Assembly (NCBI RefSeq): GCF_006345805.1
Contig: NC_042999.1
Span: 51,274,001 to 51,338,000, forward strand
Direction of reading: 5' to 3'
DNA: 64,000 nucleotides
Origin: Octopus sinensis
Taxonomy: Eukaryota
Shown piece after piece: positions 47,946-61,239 of this stretch. Both the position numbers and the translations under genes were made by a program. The number at the start of each line of letters is the position of its first letter. The stretch's first letter is position 1. The notes under the pieces were generated by a model that saw only the letters and a program-made list of their open reading frames with translations, ran no database searches and had not been told where the DNA came from.

Positions 47946-48170
47946 GTATATCCTACATATTCAGGTTTTTAGTAGCTCTACTGGGATTGAACCTGCTATA
48001 GATCTCCTTTCCCATTGGTTCCACTAACTTTGAAGTACACAACACTTCCTTATATGGCAGTCGTCTCCTTACCCATCTCATACCCATGCCAATGTATCCA
48101 TCTCTCTTCTCCACAACTTACTGATTCCTCTTAGACCCAGTTTTCCTTCCAGTTCATTTATACATAGGTG

Positions 48171-48203
<33 letters not shown>

Positions 48204-48817
48204 ACATTTCACATCACAGGAATGTGCTGGTTTTATTTTGTTCTAGCCATTGCAAGATTTCTGCATTCAAGACCCATATCTTACAACCATGCAGCATCAC
48301 AATTCCATCACAAGCATCAAACAATCTGACCTTTACTCTGAGAGGAAAAAAAAAACTTTTCTTGCTGACAATAGTAGTAACTCTTTGAACATCCTCCAAC
48401 TCATTCTTACTCTGGCAACTACACTTACTGACTAAGCCCTTCCCTATTAATTATGTCTCCAAGGCTACAAATTTTCCACTCCTTATAGTGAACCATCCAA
48501 GCCTTTAAGTCCTATTCCCATTGTGCTCTTCATCTTGTTACCCCTGTTCATCTACCACATACAAAGCATGCTTTTGCTGTTTGCCTGGTTAGATTCCACT
48601 ACTTAGATTCACATGCTACTAAGGCCACTTAAGTATAGCTCAAAATTAGAGTTCCAGGTAAAGTGTGTGACAAGGCAAAGTTTGGCCAACTTCAACATTC
48701 TACTTTTTGGATTTTCAATCTCTTAGATTTTCCATAAGTAATTTTGAAAGTTCAACAAGAAAAAAAAAACAATTTTTGTTTAAAATTAACTCTTTCAAAA
48801 CTATTAAATCTGTTGCA

Positions 48818-48993
48818 CGTAAAAAGCACCCACTACACTCACAGAGTGGTTGGCGTTAGGAAGGGCATCCAGCTGTAGAAACACTGCCAGATCAGACTGG
48901 AGCCTGGTGCAACCTTCTGGCTTCCCAGATCCCCGGTCGAACCGTCCAACCCATGCTAGCATGGAGAACAGACGTTAAACGATGATGATGATG
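48818..48993 (+). mobile_element. RTE 3'-end insertion
   Basis: ...ccatgctagcatggagaacagacgttaaacgatgatgatgatga. Confidence 0.9.
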
Positions 48994-49149
48994 AACGTAC
49001 TGTCTAACATGTCCCTGCTCCTTTCTGAAATCCCCTCCAACCTACCCCCTATCCACCACAAGACCTGTCGACCATCTGTCCAATCAAACTAGACCCAATA
49101 CCCCCAAACTCCTATTTAGTGTCACAGCAACATCAGCAGCTAAACTAAC

Positions 49150-51330
49150 ATTTGCCATCATTTGTTGTCTCGCAGACTAAAACCCTCCATCCCTCTTTGG
49201 GCAGGTAGTCAAGGCAACAACAACAACACTTCAACACGGGGCAGGGGACGATGGCCATCTCCCAGCAGAAACTGCAGGCACCTGAAGATTCCGTGTCATC
49301 CTTTGTGTGGCAAGCAGCCCTATCTAGGTGTAACACTACTTCTCTGATTACAGAGGCGAGGTGAGAAAAGGAACCCTAAAAAAGTGTTGCCTTCAATAAG
49401 CTTGGCATTGACTGTAGATGTCCAGCCATCCAGTTCATTGTAATCAAGATAACAATAAGATGAATAAAAGATGTATGCTAGTCTTTGGTTGTTGAAATGT
49501 AAGAGCTTTACAAGATAGCAAAGACAGTCTAAAATGAAAATGTATGGAAGATGGCCTGAACAAATCAATAAGTAGTTATCATAGTGTTAGTGTTAGCAAT
49601 AGTACCAACAAAAATAATAGGTAAAAGTGGTACAAATGGTGGCGGGGCGGGGTGATAGTGAATAGAATGTCAGTAAGCAACATTAACATGCGACACAGTG
49701 CATCTGTAACATGGTTGGGCCGTCAGCAACTAAACTATGCTTGCTTGGTGAGGCAGATGCAATGGTGATTTTTGGACACCCTGCAGGATGAAAAACAAAA
49801 CCCAGCAAAGGGCAGTGGAACTCAGAAGAGTGGACAGTACTTGTTAGCCTTGGTCAGCAGGTCAGCAGTCTGTCTAGTAAAGGGGAACACTAATTAAAAA
49901 ATTAGGGTAAATCAAATTTAATGACTGGCATCCATGCTAGCGGGATGCAAAGAGCACCATACGAGTGTAATCATTAACAGAGTGACTAACCGGCTTCCAT
50001 GCCAGTGGCACTTAAAAGGCACCATTCGAGCGTGATCGTTACCAGTGTCGCCTTACTGGCACTCGAGCCCCATGCTAGTAGGGTATTAAGAGCACCATCC
50101 GAGCATGATCATTGCCAGAGCGGCTATCTCGATTGCAATGAACTGGATGGCTGGACATCTACAGTCAATGCCAAGAACAAGGATTAGTGATTTCCGATTA
50201 ACCAAAACCCGCAAAACTCCTGAGTGTTACTCGGATCACAGAATGGTTTGCAGCAAGGTATTTGTTAAGCCATATACAAAGGGGCCATTAAGATCCAGTA
50301 TACATCCGAGAATAAATGTCGCTTCTTTAAAAAAATCCAGAAATGACAAAAAAGTTTTGAAATGCACTTAAACTCAGTCTTCAGAAATAGAAGAATGCAA
50401 TGATCCTGAAGTGTTGTGGCACAATATTCATGACAGCATCAAATCATTTGTTGAAGTAGCTCTAGGATTCATGAAACACCAGCACCAAGATTGGTTCAAC
50501 AAGAAAGATTCTCAAATTAAACCCGTCTTAGAAACTGCACAATGGACACAAGACATGGATCTCAGATATAAACTCACTAACACTCAGATCCCTATACATC
50601 TCCTCTAGGGAAACTACACAAAAAAACTGTGTAAGATGAAAAATTCTTGATGGGCAAAAAAAGTCCAAGAATTGTAACAGGCGCTAATTCTCACAACTTG
50701 GGAGTACTGTATGACAATCTGAAAGGTGTAGTTGGTTCAAGAAAGGATGCCACCACAGAACTTATTCTCTCTAACAACGGAACAAAACACCTAAGTAGCA
50801 AAGATGAAATTCTGAAAAGATGGGCTGAACACTTTACATCTTTATTAACCCTTTCGTTACTATATTTCTGATCAAAATACACCCCTCATGAGTTTCAATT
50901 AAATTCTAAAATAATCATGAATTTAGGCTTGTTTCATTAAATAACTGTAACTTTTTTACTTAACATATTGTGATATTTGGAACATAATTAAAGAAAGGGT
51001 TCTTAATCAATTCTATTACATAACTTTTGTCTCAAAGTGACTTTAATTACAGGTAAATCCAGGTAAATTGAGCAAAAGGTAAAAATATTAAAATTTTCTT
51101 TAAATCAAGAATCCACAAATAATGCTGAAGTAATCAATGAAATTCTACAGTAGCCTATAATTGAAGAACTAGTGAAAGATCTTTTGAAGAGATAAGTACT
51201 GCTATCAAAAATCTTTCCAATGGTAAAGTGCCTGGACAAGGTGGTATTCCCATATAGGTGTACAAGCATGGTGGCAGACAACTTGTAAACAAGCTGCACA
51301 AATTGATCTGTGAAACTGGATCAGTTCCCC
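49150..51330 (+). mobile_element. fragmented BovB-like RTE LINE (probable 5' region, APE, linker, RT start) with several nested insertions
   Basis: LVFGC*NVRAL near 49477, ECYSDHRMV, QDWF, EILKRWAEHFTSLL, KNLSNGKVPGQGGIP. Confidence 0.75.
50849..51099. mobile_element. TTAA-flanked MITE fragment inserted in the RTE
   Basis: TTAA at 50845-50848 and 51100-51103; removing the insert restores the frame LLNQESTNNAEVINEI. Confidence 0.7.
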
Positions 51331-51369
51331 CAACAGTTGAAGCATACATTTATAACTCACTTGCATGGT

Positions 51370-52065
51370 TTGTTGGATTGTTTGACAGAAACTGGCTAAC
51401 TAGAGAGCATGTCTGTTTTTACATGGGTTCTACAGCTGGATACCCTTCCTAATGTCAACCATTTCAGAATGTACTGGGTGCTTCTTACATGACACCACAC
51501 CTATGAGCCCTCAAGACAAAGACCTCTTGGCTGAGAGGTTGATGTAGAGGACTTGCCTATATTATGATCGGTCACAGTTTTACATAGCTTGTAAGTATGG
51601 TTTTATATGACCCTCTAGTCATGCTTCTAACTTCTTATCACTTGGCTTAAAGTCATCTCCTTCAATACTACTCACCAATTCAGTTAAGGGACCTCCTTTG
51701 TCTTGCAACTTGATGGCCTCACTGCTACTTGGTGTCACATGAAAAGCACCCTGTACACTCTGTAAAATGGTTGGCATTAGGAAGATTATCTATTCCTAGA
51801 AACTATGCCAAAATAGATGGTAGAGGTTGGTGCAGTTCTTTGGCTCATGAACTCCTGTCAAACTGTCCAGCCCTTGAAAGCATGGAAAGCAGACATTAAA
51901 TCATCACCATCATTTAACGTCCATTTTCCATGCTGGCATGGGTTGGACAGTTTGACTGGGGACTGGCAAGCCAGGAGGCTGTTCCACGCTCCAATCTGAT
52001 CTGGCAATGTTTCTACAGCTGGATGCCCTTCCTAACGCCAACCAGTCTGAGAGTGTAGTGGGTGC
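51370..52065. mobile_element. cluster of three RTE 3' ends (minus, plus, minus)
   Basis: ctacagctggatacccttcctaa motifs in both orientations; tail-to-tail junction near 51900. Confidence 0.8.
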
Positions 52066-52829
52066 TTGATGATATAGAACATTGGTTGAAAACTATTTTT
52101 CATTTTTTTTTTTTCCACTCACCAATGTCTACATTTTCCTTCACATTTGATTCTGGACCTCACAGAATCACTAAAAAGCATGTTTTACTAACCCTAACAT
52201 CTGAATATTTTTTACATTGTTATATCATTAAATGGGTTTCTGCTTGCTGAAAACTTGATGGTTTGACTCCTATTTTAATGAGCATTTTCTTGTTAGAAAA
52301 GGTATTTAAAATATCTTTTTCGGTACTACTAGCGACCTGGTGCGTGCATCCGCACTAGCTAGTCGTAAGTAGTCGATCGTGCAACGACTACCTAACAAAG
52401 TAAATAAAACACAAAAGCACAAAGTAAGGACCGACTAGTCATGACTAGCTGGCGTAGATGCGCAAGTACGCGAGAGCGCACACCGGGACCACTGTTCTCA
52501 AGTAGTACCATCTTTTTCATATAAGTCCTTTAAGAAAATAACATCCAGCCTTCTTCCCTCTATTCGTTAATTCCTTTGTCAAGTCACCCTTTAAAGGGTT
52601 CATTATCACTCAAGACAACGACAACAATATTTGGCTTAACAACTAAGACCTGTTACTGTTGTTGGTGTGAGTTCTGTGGTTATGTAATGTGTTAGATGGT
52701 TGTGTGTGTCTGGTTAAGAAATTCACTCCTGAAACCTGTTGTTAGGGGTTTGATCCCTTTTGGTTATAAGACAATTGGTTGGTGTTTTCCACATTAACCT
52801 ACAGCTAACCATTGCTGTTGGTTAATCAT

Positions 52830-53095
52830 CATTATCATCATTTAACGTCCGTTTTCCATGCTAGCATGGGTTGGACAGTTCAACTGGGGTCCGGGAAGCC
52901 AGAAGGCTGCGCCAGGCCCAGTCTGATCTGGCAGTGTTTCCTAACGCCAACCACTCCGAGAGTGTAGTGGGTGCTTTTTATGTGCCACCTGCACAAGGTG
53001 CCAGACGAGGCTGGCAAACGGCCACGATCGGATGGTGCTTTTTATGTGCCACCGGCACGGGGGCCAGACGAGGCTGGTAGACTTTTTGATAAATG
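52830..53095 (-). mobile_element. RTE 3'-end insertion with ~2 VNTR units
   Basis: catcatttaacgtccg...gtgccagacgaggctggc. Confidence 0.9.
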
Positions 53096-53389
53096 GAAAC
53101 TGGAAGAAGCACATTGGGTATATATGTATGTGCATGAATGTGTACATACATATATTTTGTTTTGCTTTGTGCATACAGATTGTAAACAAAAGCATCAAAT
53201 AAATTCATATAAACAGTGTTGGTGGTTGGCAGCTTTCGGTTGTTTGATACTCTGGAGAAATTATTAGCTGTTGGTGTCAGCAAGATTAAAACAATGAAGA
53301 TGAGGAGATCTTTTTACATAAAAGGTTGTTTGCCAATATTTCCCTTATAAAAATATATACTTTTTATTTTTTATTTTTTACTTGTAGGG

Positions 53390-53600
53390 TTCATGTTCAG
53401 AATGTAGGACAAAGGCAATCATGTCCTGCCACGATTCTCTGTTCTTTGTTTCCTGTAATAGTTCCACTTCCTGGTGTTTAATGCTTCTTTCTTCCAACCA
53501 TTTCATCAAGCTTCACATCCATATTATTTCATACTCTACTCCCATGTACTCTAGCAGGCCTTCAGTTAATCATTATAGACGTTTTTCTGATGACAGTTTG
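53390..53600 (-). mobile_element. C-terminal remnant of another RTE subfamily
   Basis: SLMKWLEERSIKHQEVELLQETKNRESWQDMIAFVL on minus resembles RTE ORF ends. Confidence 0.55.
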
Positions 53601-54758
53601 GATGGTCTTAACGGAATCTTCAAGTTGACGGGATTAAATTCCAGTCATGAAAATAGATATTTCATTCAGTTACTAACTCTGACCTCACTTCCACCTCATA
53701 CAGCCAAATTCCTGTGTTTTTCCCTCTGCCAACCTAACCCTGATCACTTTTGTCATCTCCATCCACAATGAAACACCAATCTTCTGGAATTTTCTCCCCC
53801 ACTCTACATGAAGTGTGCAGTAATCCTTTGACTATTGTGGGTGTTATGTTTCAAAAACCCCTGCAATAAGTAAAAGTCCACGAAGTAGAAACAGTGCTGT
53901 ACTGCATATTTTTTAAATATTTTTATAATTTATATATATTTTATTATAAATGCAAAACAACACCACGGATGAATTTACATAAACGATAAACCACAACAGG
54001 TGAAGTGCAATATGGTGAAGGATGACTGTATTTATCTAGAATGTTGACCACTCCAATCTGGAAGTCTGCAAAGCTCATTAAACATTTCCTCTAGCACCAA
54101 ATAAAAGTTTAATCCTGTCTCCTACTGTATTAATAATTCCAGTATAAGATGTTTTAACAGTTTCCATTTTTCACTTTATATTCAGGAGAATTAAATATTG
54201 GTCAACTAGGTAACAGCAAACTTTGATTGGTCAGCCACGTGGCCAATGTCTGCAGTTATTTAACTGTTGTGATCAATCAGTTTTAGTTTTCCTGGTGGTA
54301 GCCACTCTGGCAAGATGACTTCTGGACTCGATGAGAGACTTGTTGAAGGGAAATTAGTGCCATTATACACTACAGGAATAATTCTGTCAATTAAATTATG
54401 ATCTTTGATAAAGTCATCTGTTTAATTCCTTGAAAACACTGAAAAGGTTTTCGGTTCTAAGTAAGTTAAAAAATCTTACACAACAAATATATAATATCTT
54501 TTTAGATGTAATTTTAAGATTATGAACCTGAACAGAGATTGAACTTAAGACTAGCTTGTTAACAGATTGGTCAAGAAACTGATAGTAAAAATTATAGACC
54601 GATGTGAGGGATAACTTAAGACTGTCCTGTCATCTGAAAGCATGAGAATAAATCATTTTTTAACTTAAGATTTGTTCTATCTTGAAATGTCAAATTCCTC
54701 TGCTACCCTCACCATACAAACTTATCCAAACTCCTACACTTATTTCTTTCTATTTCAG

Positions 54759-54992
54759 ACGATATTTCTACAAATATTGCAGCTGCAGCAGTGGAATGTT
54801 CTCCTTTTACATCTTCTATTTTGCAATTTATTTCAGAAAACTTGATTCAACAGCTGAACGACAGTTCATTGGATGATGTCAAGGTGAAACTTGAACCTCA
54901 AGATGCCCTTTTTGGACAATTCCAGACTATGAGGGACACGATGCATGAAGATGCAAAAGTCTATTATCAGAGGCTGAGAGAGCTTGCTGGTC
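54759..54992 (+). CDS. internal coding exon of an unidentified host gene (phase 1 to 1, 234 bp): DDISTNIAAAAVECSPFTSSILQFISENLIQQLNDSSLDDVKVKLEPQDALFGQFQTMRDTMHEDAKVYYQRLRELAGR
   Basis: Acceptor tttctttctatttcag, donor C|GTAAGT, open frame, protein-like composition; a second in-frame acceptor lies at 54836. Confidence 0.75.
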
Positions 54993-55854
54993 GTAAGTAG
55001 AATGCATAATCATTTCCTTGTTTGCATCAATTGCTTTCTCTCACTCAGAAGGAATGTCTGTTTCCAAATTTTGTCACCCCTCCCTCTGCCAACACAATGT
55101 GTTCCTCTCTGCTCTTTTTTTACTGCTTTTATGTGACCCCTGCTTCTGACTTGTCCCTTGTTACTTCCTTATAGGAACTCCTGTCCCACTTGTCTCACTT
55201 TCCATTCCCTCCTCTCCAAAACATCAACTTCTTGGTTCTTCCCACAGCTGTTAACTTCTGTTTAAGATGAGTGTGGCTATGGGTGCTGCCCCTTCTTCAC
55301 CCTGACCAAATCAACAAGAAAAATTACCTCTCAATTTGCAGGTTGTTTTATTTCATCTGATGAAGTCAATATTGATTGATGACTAACGATTGAAAATATT
55401 TGTTTTATTTGTAATTTGATGATTAATGATTAAGGATATTCCTCGTTCAGTATTTATGCAAATTGGCAATCTAATTTGAATTGATGGTTAGCTATCTGGT
55501 AACAATCCACAGTTGGATTTGCAGTAGGGATTTTTTCTCTAGACTTTGATCCTTATTCTTATAAGGGGTCAACTAATCCCACCTTTAAAGTGGTTGGGAA
55601 TGAAACATAGACATGAGGTAGAGAAGACGGCATTAGTCTTGTTGAGGATATGGCAAACCTCTGCAGTCATACTGATAAAATCAAGCCAGCTTTGTTTGTT
55701 AAGCAGTTGTAGTTAGGAAGGGTATCCAGTTGTAGAAACGATGCCAGATATGTGAATAGAGACATGGTCCTTTAGGGTTTGAATAACAACTGACCAGGAC
55801 TCTGATGGTCCATTCAACCCTTCATTGTGAAAAAAGATAATTCCTGAGGTGGTC

Positions 55855-56335
55855 ATCATCATCATCATCGTTTAATGTCCGCTTTCCATGCTAGCATGGG
55901 TTGGACGATTTTGACTCAGGGCTGGCGAACCAGATGGCTGCACCAGGCTCCAATCTTGATTTGGCGGAGTTTCTACAGCTGGATGCCCTTCCTAACACCA
56001 ACCACTCCAAGAGTGTAGTGGGTGCTTTTTACGTGCCACCGGCACAGAGGCCAGTCAGGTGGTACTGGCAATGACCTTGCTTGAATCTTTTTACACATGC
56101 CACCAGCACAGGTACCAGTAAGCCGACGTTGGTAACAATCATGCTCAAATGGTGCCCTTTTACGTGTCACCGGCACGGAAGCCAGTTGGCTGCTCTGACA
56201 ACGATCACGCTCGGATGGTGCTCTTGGCACCCTACTAGCACGGGCACAAGTGCCAGTAAGGCGATGCTGGTAACAATCACACTCGAATGGTGCCTTTTAT
56301 GTGCCACTGGCACGGAAGACTGTTAGCTGCTCGGC
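55855..56335 (-). mobile_element. RTE 3'-end insertion with diverged 3' UTR repeat units
   Basis: (CAT)n tail followed by several acgtgccacc units. Confidence 0.88.
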
Positions 56336-56619
56336 TGGAAATCAGCTTTGCAACCACAAGGTTTCAGGTTCCGTTTTATTGATTCCTTCATTGAGGCTCT
56401 TCTACTCTGCAAGATGATCAATACCTTGGGAGTGAAATGTGGAAACAGAAATTGTACAAAAGCTGTCTTGAGTGTAGTTTGGTGCGGATGGCCATTGCAA
56501 TAAAATACCCTTGTTGAAAAATTGGACGATTTGTCTGATAGGAAAAGTAAAACTGATAACAAGAAAATTTCTATTTGGCCATAGAAGACTACTTGTGTCT
56601 GCAAGAAAAAGTAAATGTA

Positions 56620-56950
56620 TGCCGCCCCGACTGGCTTCCGTGCCGGTGGCACGTAAAAAGCACCATCCAATCGTGGCTGTTGCCAGCCTCGCCTGGCCTC
56701 CGTGCTGGTGGCACGTAAAAAGCACCGTCCGCTCGTGGCTGTTTGCCAGCCTTGTCTGGCACGTAAAAAGCACCCACTACACTCATGGAGTGGTTGGCAT
56801 TAGGAAAGGCATCCAGCCGTAGAAACATTGCCAGATCAGACTGGGCCTGGTGCAGCCTTCTGGCTTCCCAGACCCCAGTTGCACCATCCAACCCATGCCA
56901 GCATGGAAAGCGGACGCTAAACAATGATGGTGATGATGATGATGATGACA
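56620..56950 (+). mobile_element. RTE 3'-end insertion
   Basis: ggcacgtaaaaagcacc units and a (GAT)n tail. Confidence 0.9.
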
Positions 56951-57189
56951 CTAATCGTGATGATGATGAGGAGGAGGATTAGTTTTATCAGTGTCTAATA
57001 CTGAAATCTAAAATGGCTGCAAGCATGGGTGGATGATTCAAAAGCTTGCTTCCCAACCACATGGTCTTGGGTTCAGACCTTTTGTGCAGCAGCATGGGCA
57101 AGTTTCTTCTACTGAAAACCGTACACTGACTAAAGCCTTTGGATTTAATTGGAGGAAACTGAAAGAAGCTTGTCATGTATATACACATA

Positions 57190-60040
57190 ATTGCTTAACA
57201 TCCATTTCCTATGCTGGCACGAGTTGGACAGTTCGACATGGAGCTAGCCAGCAGGGGAGCCATTTAATTGTCTCTTGTGGCATGGCTTCTACAGCTGGAT
57301 GCCCTTCCTAATGCTAAACCCATAACAGTGTGCAGGGTGCTCACTGGCATGGATGCATATTATGCAGCACTGGCACAGGTGCATTTTATGCAGAACTTGC
57401 AAAGGACATTCCTGTATATATGGATGATTGCAATTTTACTTAGCTTGACTTATTTTCTTAAGTACAGCAAATTGCCACAACACCTAGTCCCTTGTTATTT
57501 CCTCAGTGAGGCCCCAGTGTCTGAAGATCTTTTTTTCACCACTTCATCCCACATCTTCTTGGTCTCCTTTCACTTCTTTATGCAGCTGTCCTCAGCCATA
57601 CACATCACATGACCAATCCAGCGCAGACTTCTCTCTTGAACATAACATCTGATTCTTCTTATACCCAGTTTTGTTTTTAAACCATTTACACTCTGTTGTG
57701 TGTGCACACTGACATTACCCATCCAGCAGAGCATGCTAGCTTCATTTCTTTCAAGTCTTTGCAAGTTCTCTGTTGTCAAAGCCCATGTTTCACTGCCATG
57801 TAATATAACTACATACAAAGGCATCATACAATCTGCCTTTCACTCTGAGGGAGAGGTCCTTAGTTACCAACAAAGGCAGAAGCTCTCTGAACTTTTCCCT
57901 GCCTATTCTTATTCTAGCAACTACACTTTCAGAACTTCCTCCTCCACTGCTAGGTTTTTGCTGAATTAACTCTAAGGCCCTTAGATTCCAGGTTTTGCTT
58001 CCACACCTGACATTTCTTCTCTAGGTGAAGTAGTGATTCAGCTATAAGAACAAGGTCATTAGAGTATAGGAGTTCCCAGGGACAGCCAGTCTTGAATTCC
58101 TCTGTTAAGGCCTGGAGGACTAAAATAAACAAGAAGAGGCTGAGAACTGATCCTTGGCGAACTCCTACCTATACACTGTTATACTCATCACCAACCTTCA
58201 CCTTACTGGCAGCATCCCTGTACATGGCTTGTTCAGCTCTCACTACCCACTCATTTATCTCTAGATTTCCCCAGTAGCTACCAGATAAAGGAGTGGTGTA
58301 CCCTGTGGATGGCTTTCTCCATTTTGACAGAAGCCAGATACAGAGGTTTATTCTTGGCTAAGTATTTCTCCTGCAGTTGCCTACCCAAGAATATAGTATC
58401 ACTTGTGCTTCTACCTGGCACAAATCCAAATTGCATCTCATCTACACTAACTCTCTTTCTAATCTAGCTATGACCCTTTCTGTCCTTTTAATCACCTGGT
58501 CCTGCAATTTGATGCCTCTGTAATTGTGTCTGTCTCTGTCATCACCTTTACTTTTGTAGCAGTTAATTATAGTGCTGCTGTACACTAATCATTGGATATG
58601 ACTCGCTTGTGGACAACCTGATTAATTATATGGGTGACAAGGCCATATTCTATTCCACAAGATATTCTAAGCATCTTAGCAGTGATTTTATGATGGGCCG
58701 AGGGCTTTCCCTGTCTTCATATCCTTAACTGGTTTATCTACCAAGCTACTGTTGATTCAGATAGCTGATCCCTGAGTTGGGTCAACATTTGCATTCTCCA
58801 CATTTAGCAGCCTTTCATAATAGCATTCCAAGCCTCTTTCTTTGCAGAAACATTAAATGCAAGTGAACCATCATCCTTGCAGACACATTTCTCTCCTAAG
58901 ACATCATGATTTTCTCTCACTGTCTTGCAATCCAAAACACTGAATTTCTGGTCCTCATGTCACAAAACATTGGCAAACTTCTTTTCTGCTTCTTCTCGGG
59001 CTTTCAGGCGTATTTCTTTTCTCTAATAGCCCTGTCAACAACACTGTTCTACTACTATGTCACCTTAATTTGAGAAAGGATTTGCACTAGCCACAAATAA
59101 TTCAGTGGCCCTCAGCAAATTGTCCTGTTGGAACCTCCAGTTGTCCTCCATGTTATATGTTACTATATCCTCCTCTTTTTTGTTAAATGCTTCAAGTCTC
59201 TAAATCTCTGACCATTCAGACAATCCTTAAGCTTCCAGACCTTTTTTTCCGCATTGGTTGTCTTCTAGGCAGCCTTTTTGCCCCGCTTCTTAAGTCGCTA
59301 ACAACTAACCAAAGTTGAGGGGTGCATTCTTCCCCTTTAGGCATTTATAAGCAGCTATCTTTCCCGTCTTCTGGTGGGAATGTAGTCAATCTGGCTAGTG
59401 TGCCCACAAGGTGACTGGCGTGTTTCCTGAAGTTAGTACTGCAAATCATAAGGTCATTTGCATCACAGAACTCTAGCAACCTGCTTCCCTCCTCATTACG
59501 GATATCAAATCTCTTGCCACCATGCACGTCATGGAAGCCACTCGGACGTTGCCTGACATGCCTGTTGAAGGCACCAGCCACAAAGAAAAGTTCACTGTCA
59601 ACAAGATAGTTTGCAAAACAGTGTTATAAAATCTTTCTGTTCATCAGGTAGTCCCAGCTGAGAAGTATAAGCCAATATAATGGTTGCTGTTCCACTAGTC
59701 TAAGCTTAAGTATTCTATCACATACTCTGACTACTTGATTACTGTATCAGCCCATTTCTCAGCAAAAAATATGCCCACATCACCAACACCAACGCTCTTC
59801 TCTACCCAGAAGATTTTATGGCTATGCTCTTTACCTGTGAAGAACCTAGCAGAACCTCCTTTCCATCTTACCTTTTGAATGCAGCACACCTCTACACACT
59901 TCTGTTCCCACATCGCAACAATCTCACCAGACCTACCTTATAATGTGACCACACTAAATCTGCCAGCACTAAGGGTGTGGGAAATGTGAACTGAGGAGAC
60001 ATAGGAATGGGTCGGGGGACAGCATTCTGCATCTAAAAAG
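57190..60040 (-). mobile_element. heavily decayed, nearly full-length RTE LINE
   Basis: VEVCCIQKVRW, RLLEFCDAND, FKTGCPWELLY and HGSETWAL remnants in the expected order. Confidence 0.85.
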
Positions 60041-60247
60041 AAAGTTCTCATGCACATTTCCCAGAGATGCTGTATAAGTTCAGATAGTTTTCAGTCTGCA
60101 TTTACTTCATTGCCATTTCATTTGCTTCATGGTCACTACATTTACCAGGAGATAGCTGCTAGAGAGAGGAGGAGGCAGCATGCTGTGTGGGTTTCCAATA
60201 GAGGTTCTAGGAGAAAGACTTCGGGTACAGGTGAAGCGGATGGTATA

Positions 60248-60458
60248 GGCAAGCTGGTAGAAACGTTAGCACGCCGGGTGAAATGCGTAGCCGTATTTCG
60301 TCTGCCGTTACGTTCTGAGTTCAAATACCACCGAGGTCGACTTTGCCTTTCATCCTTTCGGGGTTGATAAATTAAGTACCAGTTACGCACTGGGGTCGAT
60401 GTAATCAACTTAATCCATTTGTCTGTGTTTAGCCCCTTTGGGTAGTAAAGAAATAGGT
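60248..60458 (+). mobile_element. SINE family C
   Basis: Matches 13989. Confidence 0.88.
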
Positions 60459-60509
60459 ATAGGCAAGCGCACCATGAAGGACCAAGCAGCGTGGCTACCC
60501 TAGACCGAC

Positions 60510-60850
60510 ATCATCATCATCGTTTAACATCCGCTTTCCATGCTAACATGGGTTGGACGGTTTGATTGGGGTCTGGGAAGCCAGGAGGCTGCACCAGGCC
60601 CAGTCTGATCTGGCAGTGTTTCTACAGCTGGATGCCCTTCTTAATGCCAACCACTCCGTGAGTGTAGTGGGTGCTTTTTACATGTCACTGGCACAGAGGC
60701 CAGTCAAGGCAACGCTGGCAACGGCCATGTTCGGATGGTTCTTTTACGTGCCATCGGCACTGGTATCACAGCTACAATTTCCATTGATTTTTGATTGATT
60801 TCGATTTCACTTGCCTCAACAGGTCTTCGCAAGCAGAGTTTTGTGTCACA
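60510..60850 (-). mobile_element. RTE 3'-end insertion
   Basis: catcatcatcatcgtttaac...cacttgcctcaacaggtcttc. Confidence 0.9.
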
Positions 60851-61239
60851 AGAAGGTATATAAAATATCTACAGAAAGTGAAAGCTATTATTTTACATAT
60901 AGCATAGAAAAAAAGCAAAATTTTAAACATAAACATAACATGAGCAAGATAAAATAGAGAACCTAAACAGAATGAAGAGGTGACGATTCACCAGGTTTCC
61001 ACATCTATCATTATTTAATGCCTTCTTTTTCATGCTAGCATGGTTGTAAATGAGTATCATTGTCATTTCCATTCTTCTGTGAAAAAACATGCCTGGCCGT
61101 AGGGGAAAATATTACCTTTCTTGGAAACAGGTGAAGATTATTGGCAGGATAGGTATCTGGCTGTAGAAAATCTACCTCGACAAATTCTGTCTGACTCAAG
61201 CTTGAAAAAAATGGACATTAGATGATGATAGTTAAAGAA

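Noticed and set aside
53421-53771. 116-aa plus-strand ORF after a good acceptor
   Set aside because: Overlaps the antisense strand of an RTE C-terminal remnant; no donor.
55355-55405. CTGATGA motif suggesting a hammerhead
   Set aside because: GAAA does not follow a closed stem II; the other CTGATGA hits are RT YADD codons.
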